The position numbers and the translations under genes were made by a program. This document shows positions 27,978 through 37,461 of a stretch of DNA of 64,000 nt, one piece after another. The DNA comes from Candidatus Poribacteria bacterium (GTDB lineage: Bacteria > Poribacteria > WGA-4E > WGA-3G), in the NCBI GenBank assembly GCA_958295815.1, contig OY282374.1:2882856-2946855 (forward strand). The letters run 5' to 3'. Positions within the stretch are counted from its first letter, which is position 1. Each line of letters begins with the position of its first letter. The notes under the pieces were generated by a model. The model was not told the origin of the DNA. It made no database searches and saw only the letters and a program-made list of their open reading frames with translations.

Positions 27978-29609
27978 GTGCTCGGGGTGCTTTCAGCGAT
28001 TCTGCTGTTTCTTAGTTTCCCCAATGCCAATCTTTTCCCGGTCGCTTGGATTGCGCTTGTGCCGTTTTTCATTGCCCTCACGCGCACATCGGACTGGAAA
28101 TCCACTTTCTGGGTCGGTTATTTAACAGGTTTCCTATTTTTTGCGGGTTTGCTTCCAGCTATTGCCCTTCTCTACCCGTATGCCAATATCTTCGCGACGC
28201 TGGTGGCTTATGTGTCCCTTGTGGGCTACACTGCGCTCTATTTCGCCGTTTTTTCGGTCCTGATGCGAGTTGTTCCGTGGCGTTCGGGTATACTGTTTCC
28301 GATTGCAGCTGCCTGTATTTGGACGGCATTGGAATGGGTGCGGAGTTGGATGATCACAGGATTTCCGTGGGGGAGTATCGGTTACTCGCAATGGAACAAC
28401 CTGATTGGAATACAGGTAGCGTCGCTCGTTAGTGTCCATGGTATCAGTTTTGTCATTGTGCTTTTCAACGCTGGTGTTGCCACTGTGCTCTGCAACCGCC
28501 ATCGGTGGCGACAGGAGATTCCCGCCTTAGTTCTACCGTTGATTCTGACGCTTTTTTGTTTTGGTTACGGTGCCATTCAACTCCAAGACGCAGCACCTAT
28601 AGACAAAGCATCCGATACTGTTTCTGACGAGGGTACAGAAACCTTAAAAGTCGCCCTCGTCCCCGGCAACATTCCACAACTCGAAAAATGGGATCTCCGT
28701 CAATTTCCAAGGATTTTACAACGCTATACCCAGTTAACACATAAAGCGAGCCAAGAGAATCCTGATCTCATTGTGTGGCCTGAAACAGTGATAAGGGGTG
28801 AAGCCCTGACAGGCGAGTGGCCCACCTATTATAGAAGGTTCTCTCAAATGCTGCGCGATATGGCGCTCCCAATGCTCATCGGCACGGCTAATAAAGGAGA
28901 CAAAATAGACACAGCCATAGGCAAATTTTCTAAACCTACCAAAGACGAACAACGGGCGGAGGTCAAGATATACAACCGAGTTTTGTCGATAACTCCAGAC
29001 GGAAAGATACATGGTGGGTATGCGAAGATGCACCTCGTTCCATTCGGTGAGTACGTGCCTTTGATAAGTCTTCTGCCAGATTTTATTCCGAATTTTATTC
29101 AATTTAAACCTTTTACCCACGGAAAATCAGTAAACCTTTTACCTGTGTTCAACGTTAAAAATAATACAGATCGCCAGAAGATAGAAGTAGGTGCGTCAAT
29201 CTGTTTTGAGTCAGTATTTCCCGATGAATTTCGCAGACCTGTCCAAAAAGGTGCCGAGGTAATGGGAATCTTCACGAACGATGCGTGGTTCAAAGGAACA
29301 GCTTTCCCTGAACTGCATCTGTCTATGGCACCGTTTCGCGCGATTGAAAATCGAATCGCAGTATTCCGCTGTGCAAATGGTGGATTCACCTGTGTCGTAG
29401 ATCGGTTTGGTAGGATAACGACTCCCTTGATAACACCGGACACCGCTCAAGAGACGCTTATTGCGTCTGTCCCGCTTCTGTCGTCTTCTGAACGCGAACA
29501 GACACTTTATACTCGCTATGGCGATTGGTTTCCGATTCTCTGTGCGCTCATCTGTGTTGGATGGTTCGGCAGTCAAATCGTATTCCGACTTCGTCGTAGA
29601 AATTCCTAA
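27978..29609 (+). CDS. lnt: Apolipoprotein N-acyltransferase
   Basis: N-terminal multi-TM region plus a C-terminal carbon-nitrogen hydrolase (nitrilase-like) domain. Start placed at an in-frame GTG after the repeat array (uncertain; alternative 27987). Confidence 0.8.
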   Translation: MLGVLSAILLFLSFPNANLFPVAWIALVPFFIALTRTSDWKSTFWVGYLTGFLFFAGLLPAIALLYPYANIFATLVAYVSLVGYTALYFAVFSVLMRVVPWRSGILFPIAAACIWTALEWVRSWMITGFPWGSIGYSQWNNLIGIQVASLVSVHGISFVIVLFNAGVATVLCNRHRWRQEIPALVLPLILTLFCFGYGAIQLQDAAPIDKASDTVSDEGTETLKVALVPGNIPQLEKWDLRQFPRILQRYTQLTHKASQENPDLIVWPETVIRGEALTGEWPTYYRRFSQMLRDMALPMLIGTANKGDKIDTAIGKFSKPTKDEQRAEVKIYNRVLSITPDGKIHGGYAKMHLVPFGEYVPLISLLPDFIPNFIQFKPFTHGKSVNLLPVFNVKNNTDRQKIEVGASICFESVFPDEFRRPVQKGAEVMGIFTNDAWFKGTAFPELHLSMAPFRAIENRIAVFRCANGGFTCVVDRFGRITTPLITPDTAQETLIASVPLLSSSEREQTLYTRYGDWFPILCALICVGWFGSQIVFRLRRRNS

Positions 29610-29627
29610 CTATTTATGGAGAACCCC

Positions 29628-30732
29628 ATGCTTGTAGATTTAAAAACGCAGGTTGAAGAAATGCACACCCGTCTCTTAGAACTCGGAGACTATCTTTGAC
29701 CTGGCTGAAAAACGGAAAGAACTAACAGAACTCGAAGAAACAACCATCTCTCCAGATTTCTGGAGTAACAACCAACGGGTCCAAGAAGTCAATCGGCGTA
29801 TCTCGGTTCTCCGAGACGAACTCGGTGCTTATGAGGGACTCAGCCTCAAAATTGAAGACATCCAGACCTTACTTGAACTCGCCAGTGAAGAGAACGATCA
29901 GAGTTTACAGACCGAAATTGTAGACGGTTTAGAGAGTGTCGCGAGTCGCCTTGAGCAGATGGAACTCCAGTTAATGCTGAGGGGTGATTATGATGAGAAC
30001 AATGCGATTCTCAACATACACTCTGGTGCTGGTGGCATCGATGCCCAAGACTGGGCGGGTATGCTGATGCGAATGTACCTCCGCTGGTGTGACCAACGCG
30101 ACTATCAGACAGAAATCGTAGATCTCACTGCTGGAGATGAAGCTGGGATTAAAGGTGCGACCATCCTCGTTAAAGGTGCATCCGCTTACGGCTATCTACA
30201 AGCTGAAGCGGGGGTGCATAGACTTGTCCGGTTGTCTCCGTATGATTTTAACAAACGTCGGCACACCTCCTTCGCCGCTATTGGCGTTACGCCCGAAATC
30301 GACGACTCTGTTGAGGTCGATATCCAAACAGACGACTTACGGGTAGACTTCTATCGCGCAAGTGGCGCAGGTGGACAGCACGTCAACGTCACAGACTCAG
30401 CCGTTCGGATCACACATAAGCCTACCGGAATTATTGTGCAGTGCCAAAATGAACGCTCCCAACACAAAAACCGAGAGATTGCCATGAAACTGCTCCGTTC
30501 GCGCCTTCATGAGAAATATCGAGCAGAACGCGAAGCAGAACTTTCAAAACAGCGAAGCGAACGCTTGGACATCGACTTTGGTAGCCAAATCCGCTCTTAC
30601 GTGCTACACCCCTACCAACGCGTCAAAGATTTACGTACAAATGTTGAAACAGGGAATGTTAACGCCGTATTAGATGGGGCGTTAAATCCATTCATTGAAG
30701 GCTATCTGAAAATGAAGGCACAGCAGAAATAG
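29628..30732 (+). CDS. prfB: Peptide chain release factor 2, with programmed +1 ribosomal frameshift
   Basis: Frame 0 is ATG(29628)...GGAG-AC-TAT-CTT-TGA-C. The in-frame TGA at 29697 sits after 23 codons, preceded by the SD-like GGAG. Frame +1 continues into the ORF carrying GGQ (SGAGGQHVN) and SPY/SPF motifs. Confidence 0.9.
29694..29700 (+). promoter_or_regulatory. prfB +1 frameshift site CTT TGA C
   Basis: Matches the conserved RF2 autoregulatory shifty site. Internal SD GGAG lies 3 nt upstream. Confidence 0.9.
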
Positions 30733-30832
30733 GACATGGGTAAATTTTTGATTCATTTGTCTGCCTGGAATCCTGTTTTGGTGAGGTCATTCAGTTTTTG
30801 GGTTTTTGTCCAGTTTAATGGGAAAGTCGCGA

Positions 30833-30941
30833 GCGGGAATTTGTTCCTACACGGAGAGTCGGGAATCGGAGTTCCCTCCTACAAATAGCAGTCAGCAGTC
30901 AGCAGTCAGAAAGAGTCGGGAATCGGAGTTCCCTCCTACAG
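30833..30941 (+). repeat. Cluster of three REP-like hairpins (GGGAATCGGAGTTCCC-TCCTACA variant) separated by a (CAGCAGT)3 microsatellite
   Basis: GAGTCGGGAATCGGAGTTCCCTCCTACAA appears twice, with a degenerate GGGAATTTGTTCCTACAC copy upstream. Spurious ORF 30806-31003 covers it. Related single copies at 11102-11129 and 25404-25430. Confidence 0.8.
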
Positions 30942-31205
30942 GAAAACTAAATAGCCCTGCTTTTTTGGTTGCTTTATGCATAAAACTGGGGTATAATTAT
31001 TAAATCTAAGATACTGATAGACGCGTGTTTAAAATAAAAAAACAAGGGTTTTCCTAACTGATGATATAGCATTGGCTTATGGTAAAAGTAAAAAATACAG
31101 ACCTTCATCAGAAATGTTACACTTTCCGCTCAATATTTTTCAACGGAAAATAGCATGAAAATCGCTCTGGAAGCCACACGGTGATTGGGTTTCTAACAAA
31201 ATTCA

Positions 31206-31240
31206 AAAAGTTACCAAAAAGTTACCATTTGGTAACTTTT
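31206..31240 (+). promoter_or_regulatory. Perfect 11-bp inverted repeat AAAAGTTACCA-TT-TGGTAACTTTT (plus an extra direct half-site) upstream of lysS
   Basis: AT-rich palindrome 36-70 bp upstream of the lysS start. Candidate operator rather than terminator (no GC stem). Confidence 0.4.
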
Positions 31241-31275
31241 TACAAGAAAAAAACACCGAAAAAGTGGAGGAAATC

Positions 31276-32748
31276 GTGGAAGAAACAAAGGACTTAATTC
31301 AGCAACGTCGCGAGAAACTGGACGAAATTCGAGAATTCGGTGTAGAACCGTATCCGCACAAGTACGAACCGACACATTCAACAGCCGAGATTCACAGAGA
31401 TTTTGCTGACATACAAGAAACACCAGATGAGACCGAGACTGTCCGGGTTGCTGGTAGGATTATGACGAAGCGGGACCACGGAAAAAGTAGTTTCGCACAC
31501 CTCCAAGATGGCGAAGGCAAGATACAGATTTATGTCCGACGCGACAAAGTTGGAGCAGAACCCTACAAAATTTACCGACGCTTCGATAGCGGAGACATTA
31601 TTGGTGCCGAAGGAACGGTTTTCCGAACGCGAACAGGAGAATTAACTGTTCTTGCTGATTCTATACAACTCCTCTCGAAATCCATCCGCCCGCTCCCAGA
31701 AAAATGGCACGGCTTACAAGATAAACAGACACGCTATAGACAACGTTACGCCGATCTCATCATGAATCCCGAGGTAAAGGATGTCTTTCTGAAAAGGTCA
31801 CAAATCGTTCAGGCGATTCGCGACATGCTGAATGCCCAAAATTTTATTGAAGTAGAAACGCCAGTCCTTCAACCAATTTACGGTGGTGCAAACGCTCGTC
31901 CCTTCACGACGTATCATAACACTTTGGAACAATCACTCTACTTGCGGATCGCAAATGAGCTTTACCTCAAGCGCTTGATCGTCGGTGGATTTGAACGGGT
32001 TTATGAATTCTCGCGCGATTTCCGAAACGAAGGTATGGATAGGGACCATAATCCTGAGTTTACGATGCTTGAGCTTTACCAGGCTTATGCAGATTATCAC
32101 CAGATAATGGAGCTTACTGAAACGCTAATCGCAGAGACGGCAAAAATAATTCACGGGACAACGAAGATTCCCTATCAGGAACACGAACTTGATTTCACAC
32201 CGCCATGGCGCAGACTAAGCATGGTAGATTCAGTCCGAGAGCATAGCGGTATTGATCCAGTTTCACTATCCGCCGATGAACTGTACAAAGAAGCCGTTAA
32301 AGCAGGTGTCGACTTGGCAGGCGATGAAACGAAGGGGATAATTATTGCTGAATTGTTTGATACATTTGTGGAATCGAAACTGATTCAGCCGACATTTATA
32401 ACCGATCACCCTATCGAGGTCTCTCCGTTTGCGAAAAAGAAACCTGAGGATCCAAAGTTTGTTGAACGTTTTGAATTCTTTATCTGTGGAATGGAAGTCG
32501 GAAACGCCTTCAGTGAACTCAACGACCCCATTGATCAACGTCAACGTTTTCTTGAACAGGCAAGCAACTTAGAGGCTGGCGACAGTGAAGCCTTCATGGT
32601 AGATGAAGATTATCTGCGGGCATTGGAGTATGGTATGCCACCGACAGGTGGACTTGGTATCGGGATCGACCGATTGACGATGTTACTGACGAACCAATAC
32701 TCTATTCGTGATGTAATCCTATTCCCACAGATGCGTCCAGAAAATTAA
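31276..32748 (+). CDS. lysS: Lysine--tRNA ligase (class II)
   Basis: N-terminal OB-fold anticodon-binding region and class II motifs. Strong overall LysS pattern (...FRNEGMDRDHNPEFTMLELYQAY...GGLGIGIDRL). The GTG start follows GGAGGA (alternative 31264). Confidence 0.95.
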   Translation: MEETKDLIQQRREKLDEIREFGVEPYPHKYEPTHSTAEIHRDFADIQETPDETETVRVAGRIMTKRDHGKSSFAHLQDGEGKIQIYVRRDKVGAEPYKIYRRFDSGDIIGAEGTVFRTRTGELTVLADSIQLLSKSIRPLPEKWHGLQDKQTRYRQRYADLIMNPEVKDVFLKRSQIVQAIRDMLNAQNFIEVETPVLQPIYGGANARPFTTYHNTLEQSLYLRIANELYLKRLIVGGFERVYEFSRDFRNEGMDRDHNPEFTMLELYQAYADYHQIMELTETLIAETAKIIHGTTKIPYQEHELDFTPPWRRLSMVDSVREHSGIDPVSLSADELYKEAVKAGVDLAGDETKGIIIAELFDTFVESKLIQPTFITDHPIEVSPFAKKKPEDPKFVERFEFFICGMEVGNAFSELNDPIDQRQRFLEQASNLEAGDSEAFMVDEDYLRALEYGMPPTGGLGIGIDRLTMLLTNQYSIRDVILFPQMRPEN

Positions 32749-32797
32749 GGTGAAGATACGATTCAGTACCGTATATTAAAATGTGAGTTTGTAAAAA

Positions 32798-33349
32798 ATG
32801 AGGACCGCGCCGCCCCTCCTTACAGAAAGGTTGATACTTCGCTCATTTACACTTGACGATGCCGCCGATGTGCAACGGCTTGCTGGCGATTACGATGTTG
32901 CCTCAACATTAACCAATATGCCACATCCTTATGAAGATGGTATGGCGGAAGAATTTATGCACGTCTGCTCCGAGAAATTTGAGAAAAACAAAGCTTTAAA
33001 CTTCGCAATTACGCTGAGAACAGACAAAAACTTCATTGGCGAAATAGAACTTAGACTCGATCAAGAAAACAAGAGCGGTGAACTCGGTTATTGGATTGGG
33101 AAACCGTATTGGAACTCTGGGTATTGCACCGAGGCAGTAAGGGCTGTTGTTGCATACAGTTTTAAGGTGTTGAAGCTGCATCGAATTCACGCTAAATACT
33201 TCAAACGCAACCCTGCCTCTGGACGGGTGCTGGAAAAAATCGGGATGCGTTATGAAGAGAGTCGCCGAGAATATGTAAAAAAATCGGATAGTTTTGAAGA
33301 TTTTAGGGTGTACGGGATCTTAAAAGCAGATTTCGACCCTAATTCGTAA
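32798..33349 (+). CDS. GNAT family N-acetyltransferase (RimJ/RimL-like), paralog 1
   Basis: TERLILRSFTLDDA...ELGYWIGKPYWNSGYCTEA...HRIHA is typical of RimL-like GNATs. Confidence 0.8.
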   Translation: MRTAPPLLTERLILRSFTLDDAADVQRLAGDYDVASTLTNMPHPYEDGMAEEFMHVCSEKFEKNKALNFAITLRTDKNFIGEIELRLDQENKSGELGYWIGKPYWNSGYCTEAVRAVVAYSFKVLKLHRIHAKYFKRNPASGRVLEKIGMRYEESRREYVKKSDSFEDFRVYGILKADFDPNS

Positions 33350-33368
33350 GTTGTGAGTTGATAAAAAG

Positions 33369-33953
33369 ATGAGGAGCATACCGACTCTCGAAACAGAAAG
33401 ATTGATACTCCGCTCGTATACGCTTGAAGACGCGCCTGATTTGCAACGGCTTATTGGCGAATACGATGTCTCATCAACATTACCCGGTGTTCCGCATCCT
33501 TACGAAGATGGTATGGCGGAGGAATGGATTCGCTCTTGTTCCGACAAGTTTGAAAAAGACGAAGCCCTACATTTTGCGATTACGCTGAGAACAGATAGGA
33601 ACTTCATTGGCGGGATAGGCATTAAACTCGATCGAAAGAATGAGAGAGGAGAGATCGGTTATTGGGTAGGCAAACCGCATTGGAGCCGTGGGTATTGCAC
33701 CGAGGCAGCACGTGCTCTTGTTACGTATAGTTTTGAAGCGTTGAAGTTGAATCGAATTCATGCTTATTATTTTACACGAAACGCTGCCTCCGGACGAGTT
33801 ATGGAAAAAATCGGGATGCGCTATGAAGGGTGTTTCCGGCAACATGTAAAGAAATGGGATAATTTTGAGGATATAATGGTATACGGGATCTTAAAATCAG
33901 ATTTCGACCAATTTAATGCCGATGCCGTCCCAAGGGACATAAATGAGATTTGA
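33369..33953 (+). CDS. GNAT family N-acetyltransferase (RimJ/RimL-like), paralog 2 (tandem duplicate)
   Basis: About 60% identical to the upstream paralog, with identical motif order. Confidence 0.8.
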   Translation: MRSIPTLETERLILRSYTLEDAPDLQRLIGEYDVSSTLPGVPHPYEDGMAEEWIRSCSDKFEKDEALHFAITLRTDRNFIGGIGIKLDRKNERGEIGYWVGKPHWSRGYCTEAARALVTYSFEALKLNRIHAYYFTRNAASGRVMEKIGMRYEGCFRQHVKKWDNFEDIMVYGILKSDFDQFNADAVPRDINEI

Positions 33954-35403
33954 ATGGTTCGTAGCCTCCCGCTATCTGCGTTCTCGACGAAAACAGTCTT
34001 TTATCTCAATTATCAGCTTCATCTCCATTGGTGGTGTTGCGCTGGGTGTAGCGACAGTGATTCTGGTCATTGCTGTATTAGACGGTGTCGAACATGGGTT
34101 AAGAGATCGGTTTCTCGCAAATGAAGCACACGTCGTTTTCCGCTTGCATGATCACAGTTTTTTTGGCGATTATGAAAAACGGATTGGGCAGATTGCGTCA
34201 ATTGACGAAGTTGTAGCCACATCACCGGTTATCTTGGCACAGATTGCGGTTTTTCCGGAGCATAGCGATACCATTCAGGATGTCATTTATATCAAAGGCA
34301 TAGATCCAGTTCAGGAAGATGCGGTCACAGGTTTCTCAAAATTGGTGTCGGGGTCAACGGATTTCCAGAACTCGGAATATATTGAAACTGCTCGACTCCT
34401 CAGAAATGAAACGATCACTGGCGGTATTGTTCTCGGAGAACGTTTAGCAGCCCGTCTCGGCATTATCAAAGGTGATGTTTTGCGACTTGTCGTAAAACTT
34501 GCGAAGCATCCGGCGAACGAAAATATGCTTTTGCCGGACTTGTCGAACTTCGTCGTGATTGGGTTCTATGAATCTGAGATGGCGGTTTATGATAACAATT
34601 TTGGTTTCATTCATATACAAGATGCCCAAAAGTTGTATCATAAAAAGAACCGAGTGAATACGATTTTTATCCGCTTAAATGACGCGGAATTGGCACCACA
34701 AATTGCCAGAGAAATTGAGGATACTGTTCGATTCACCGTTTTGGAGGGGATGCCGGACGCGAGAACGTGGATGGAGATACAGGCCCCGCTTTTCTCAGCA
34801 CTTCGATTGGAAAAGATAGCAACTGTCATCATCGAGGCACTTATCATTTTGGTGGCTTCTTTTAACATTGCAAGCACACTGATTATGACAGTGATGGAAA
34901 AGACCAAGGACGTTGGAACACTGAGAACACTTGGCACATCCCGTGGGAACATTATGAAAATTTTCATGATTCAAGGGAGTGTAATCGGGATTCTCGGGAC
35001 GATGTTAGGTACCACTTTGGGACTCGCGCTCTGTTGGCTGCTGAGTTCCAATGCCGTGCGTCCTTCTTACTGGTACGCCTTTGTTCTTGCGGCACCAATA
35101 TTATTACAGGTGCTTATCGCAACGCGACACGCGATGCCACGTAAAGGTGGATGGAAGTTTGCAGCTGCGGTTTTATGGATTATCGGGATAGGTTTCGCGC
35201 TCTACTGTGTGGTCAGACCGATTTCGTTCGCGGAGCTTGGACTCAGTCATATCTACCAGATGAACCAAATGCCTATAAAGATAAATTGGTTTTTCGTTGT
35301 CTTTATCAATGTGCTCTCATTCCTAATCTGTTGGCTTGCGACGTTCTACCCGGCATGGCAAGCGGCAAATTTGAAACCCGTTGAAGCTTTGCAACATGAA
35401 TAA
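33943..35403 (+). CDS. Lipoprotein-releasing system permease LolC/LolE (FtsX/MacB-type)
   Basis: N-terminus MRFEWFVASRYLRSRRKQSFISIISFISIGGVALGVATVILVIAVLDG. C-terminus YPAWQAANLKPVEALQHE. An extra insertion of about 60 aa lies between the last two TM helices. Confidence 0.8.
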   Translation: MRFEWFVASRYLRSRRKQSFISIISFISIGGVALGVATVILVIAVLDGVEHGLRDRFLANEAHVVFRLHDHSFFGDYEKRIGQIASIDEVVATSPVILAQIAVFPEHSDTIQDVIYIKGIDPVQEDAVTGFSKLVSGSTDFQNSEYIETARLLRNETITGGIVLGERLAARLGIIKGDVLRLVVKLAKHPANENMLLPDLSNFVVIGFYESEMAVYDNNFGFIHIQDAQKLYHKKNRVNTIFIRLNDAELAPQIAREIEDTVRFTVLEGMPDARTWMEIQAPLFSALRLEKIATVIIEALIILVASFNIASTLIMTVMEKTKDVGTLRTLGTSRGNIMKIFMIQGSVIGILGTMLGTTLGLALCWLLSSNAVRPSYWYAFVLAAPILLQVLIATRHAMPRKGGWKFAAAVLWIIGIGFALYCVVRPISFAELGLSHIYQMNQMPIKINWFFVVFINVLSFLICWLATFYPAWQAANLKPVEALQHE

Positions 35404-35456
35404 CTATAGTGTATCTCATAAACAGCCAAGGGTATTGCGCACAGGAAAAGAAACCC

Positions 35457-35524
35457 CCTAAATCCCCCTTATCAGGGGGACTTGGGACATATCTAAATCC
35501 CCTTATCAGGAGACTTGGGACATA
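35457..35524 (+). repeat. Tandem 35-bp direct repeat containing the CCCCC-TTATCA-GGGGG hairpin
   Basis: CTAAATCCCCCTTATCAGGGGGACTTGGGACATAT, then a second copy with 2 deletions. Confidence 0.7.
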
Positions 35525-35539
35525 TCCGCTGACAGGAAT

Positions 35540-36283
35540 ATGCGAACTGGTATTTATGAGATAGGTCTAAAAAGAAAAGAGAGAGTTGTGCAAAACCCGG
35601 CAGAAGTACTCATCCGCATTGCAGATTTACACAAGTCCTATTACGACGGCGAATCGGAACTTCGAGTGCTTCAAGGCATAAATCTTGAGGTATATAAATC
35701 AGAATTACTTGCGATTGTAGGTGCGTCGGGTGTGGGGAAAAGTACGCTGCTCCATATTATCGGGACGCTTGATAGACCGACAGCGGGTAGCGTTCTATAC
35801 GACGAAGATGACGTTTTCAATTTGCCTGATAAAGACCTCTCTGGGTTCCGAAATAAAGAAATCGGTTTTGTGTTTCAGTTTCATCATCTATTACCGGAAT
35901 TTACGGCACTTGAAAACGTTGCCATGGGTGCCTTAATCACAACACCGAATCATAAAACAGTTTATAAAGAAGCTGAAGCATTGCTTGACTATGTTGGGCT
36001 TGCTGAAAGATGTTTACACTACCCGAACCAATTGTCTGGCGGTGAGCGGCAACGCGTTGCGATTGCCCGCGCCCTGATTAATCAACCGAGAGTCGTGCTT
36101 GCTGATGAACCAACAGGGAACCTTGATCGGCGCAGCAGTGAGACAGTGCTGGAACTTTTATGGAATTTGAATGCTAAATCTGGGCAAGCATTTGTGATCG
36201 TGACACATAATCAGGAACTTGCCCAGCAGGTGGACAGGGTTGTCCAACTCGTTGATGGAAAAGTCGTTGACTCTGGCACTTGA
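35540..36283 (+). CDS. lolD: Lipoprotein-releasing system ATP-binding protein
   Basis: Walker [25 protein letters not shown] signature, Walker [13 protein letters not shown]. The true start may be the downstream GTG (about 35588). Confidence 0.85.
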   Translation: MRTGIYEIGLKRKERVVQNPAEVLIRIADLHKSYYDGESELRVLQGINLEVYKSELLAIVGASGVGKSTLLHIIGTLDRPTAGSVLYDEDDVFNLPDKDLSGFRNKEIGFVFQFHHLLPEFTALENVAMGALITTPNHKTVYKEAEALLDYVGLAERCLHYPNQLSGGERQRVAIARALINQPRVVLADEPTGNLDRRSSETVLELLWNLNAKSGQAFVIVTHNQELAQQVDRVVQLVDGKVVDSGT

Positions 36284-36336
36284 CTTGACAAAATTTTCTA
36301 ACGACTATGGTAAAACCCAAATTACATGATCACAAA

Positions 36337-36370
36337 GATTCGGGGTTACAAACCCCTCCTACAAAGAGCA
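36337..36370 (+). repeat. Single REP-like hairpin GATTCGGGGTTACAAACCCCTCCTACAAAGAGCA
   Basis: Same family. Lies downstream of lolD. Confidence 0.75.
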
Positions 36371-36485
36371 GTATTCTGATTGTTAACAAACCTTTCATAA
36401 CCTAAAGTAGGTTTCCTAACAATTTTAGATCGTTGCCGACAACGAAGGCAACGCCGAGACCTGACCGGTAAAAAAGGAAACGTAT

Positions 36486-37367
36486 ATGTTGATTTATATC
36501 GACGGAGAATTTCTACCGAAAGCAGAGGCGAAAGTTTCAGTGTTTGATCACGGTTTGCTATACGGCGATGGTGTTTTCGAGGGAATCCGCTCCTACAACG
36601 GTAGAGTTTTTAAACTTGATGTGCACCTCGAACGCCTTTACGATTCCGCGAAATCGATTATGTTACAGATCCCGATTCCGATCGAAACGATGAAGGAAAA
36701 GGTGCTGGAAACACTCCGTCTAAACCACCTCAGGGAAGCTTATATCCGCTTGATAGTCACTCGGGGCATAGGGGATCTGGGATTGGATCCAGATAAATGT
36801 CCGACACCGAGTATCATTATTATTGCAGACAAGATTACCCTCTATCCACCAAAATTTTATGAAGAAGGACTTGAGATTGTAACCGCCTCGGTTCGACGGA
36901 ACTATGCGGAAGCCATCAATCCGCGTATCAAGTCATTGAACTATTTAAATAATATCTTAGCGAAAATTGAGGGCAAGCAAGCCGGTGCTGAAGAGGTCTT
37001 GATGCTGAATGCAGAAGGCTATGTTGTTGAATGTACTGGCGATAATATATTCTGGGTAAAGAACGAAGTCCTGGTTACACCGCCAGTCCACATGGGGATT
37101 TTGGAGGGTGTCACCCGAAATAGTGTTATTGATCTCGCTCGCGAGGCGGGGATGCGGGTGGAAGAGCGCGTCTTCACACGGCACGACCTCTATATTGCTG
37201 AGGAATGCTTCTTGACTGGTACTGCCGCTGAAGTCATCCCTGTCGTGAAGATTGATCGGCGCGCCGTCGGTGACGGGCAACCTGGAAAAGTAACACAGAA
37301 ACTCATTGATGCATTTAGGCAGTACGCAAATAGTTACGGAACGCTAATCTATCCCTCTGAGGCATAA
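36486..37367 (+). CDS. ilvE: Branched-chain-amino-acid / D-amino-acid aminotransferase (fold type IV)
   Basis: FDHGLLYGDGVFEGIR...EVLMLN...ECTGDNIFWV blocks typical of class IV aminotransferases. Confidence 0.75.
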   Translation: MLIYIDGEFLPKAEAKVSVFDHGLLYGDGVFEGIRSYNGRVFKLDVHLERLYDSAKSIMLQIPIPIETMKEKVLETLRLNHLREAYIRLIVTRGIGDLGLDPDKCPTPSIIIIADKITLYPPKFYEEGLEIVTASVRRNYAEAINPRIKSLNYLNNILAKIEGKQAGAEEVLMLNAEGYVVECTGDNIFWVKNEVLVTPPVHMGILEGVTRNSVIDLAREAGMRVEERVFTRHDLYIAEECFLTGTAAEVIPVVKIDRRAVGDGQPGKVTQKLIDAFRQYANSYGTLIYPSEA

Positions 37368-37461
37368 GGCATTTTGAAGAAACCTTACCATTGCATCTCA
37401 ATTTCAAATGCTGCACGCACAGGCACGTGGAAAACCATCGCGATACAGGAGGACATTTAAT

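Noticed and set aside
30806-31003. 65-aa ORF between prfB and lysS
   Set aside because: It runs through three REP hairpins and a CAGCAGT microsatellite. The peptide is internally repetitive (ESEFPPT… twice) because of the DNA repeat.
30733-31263. tRNA or other classic ncRNA gene in the 530-bp prfB-lysS gap
   Set aside because: No GTTCGAATCC-type T-arm, nor acceptor/anticodon-stem architecture, was recognisable by eye. The region is explained by REP copies and an AT-rich operator-like palindrome. A covariance-model scan (tRNAscan-SE/Infernal) would settle this.
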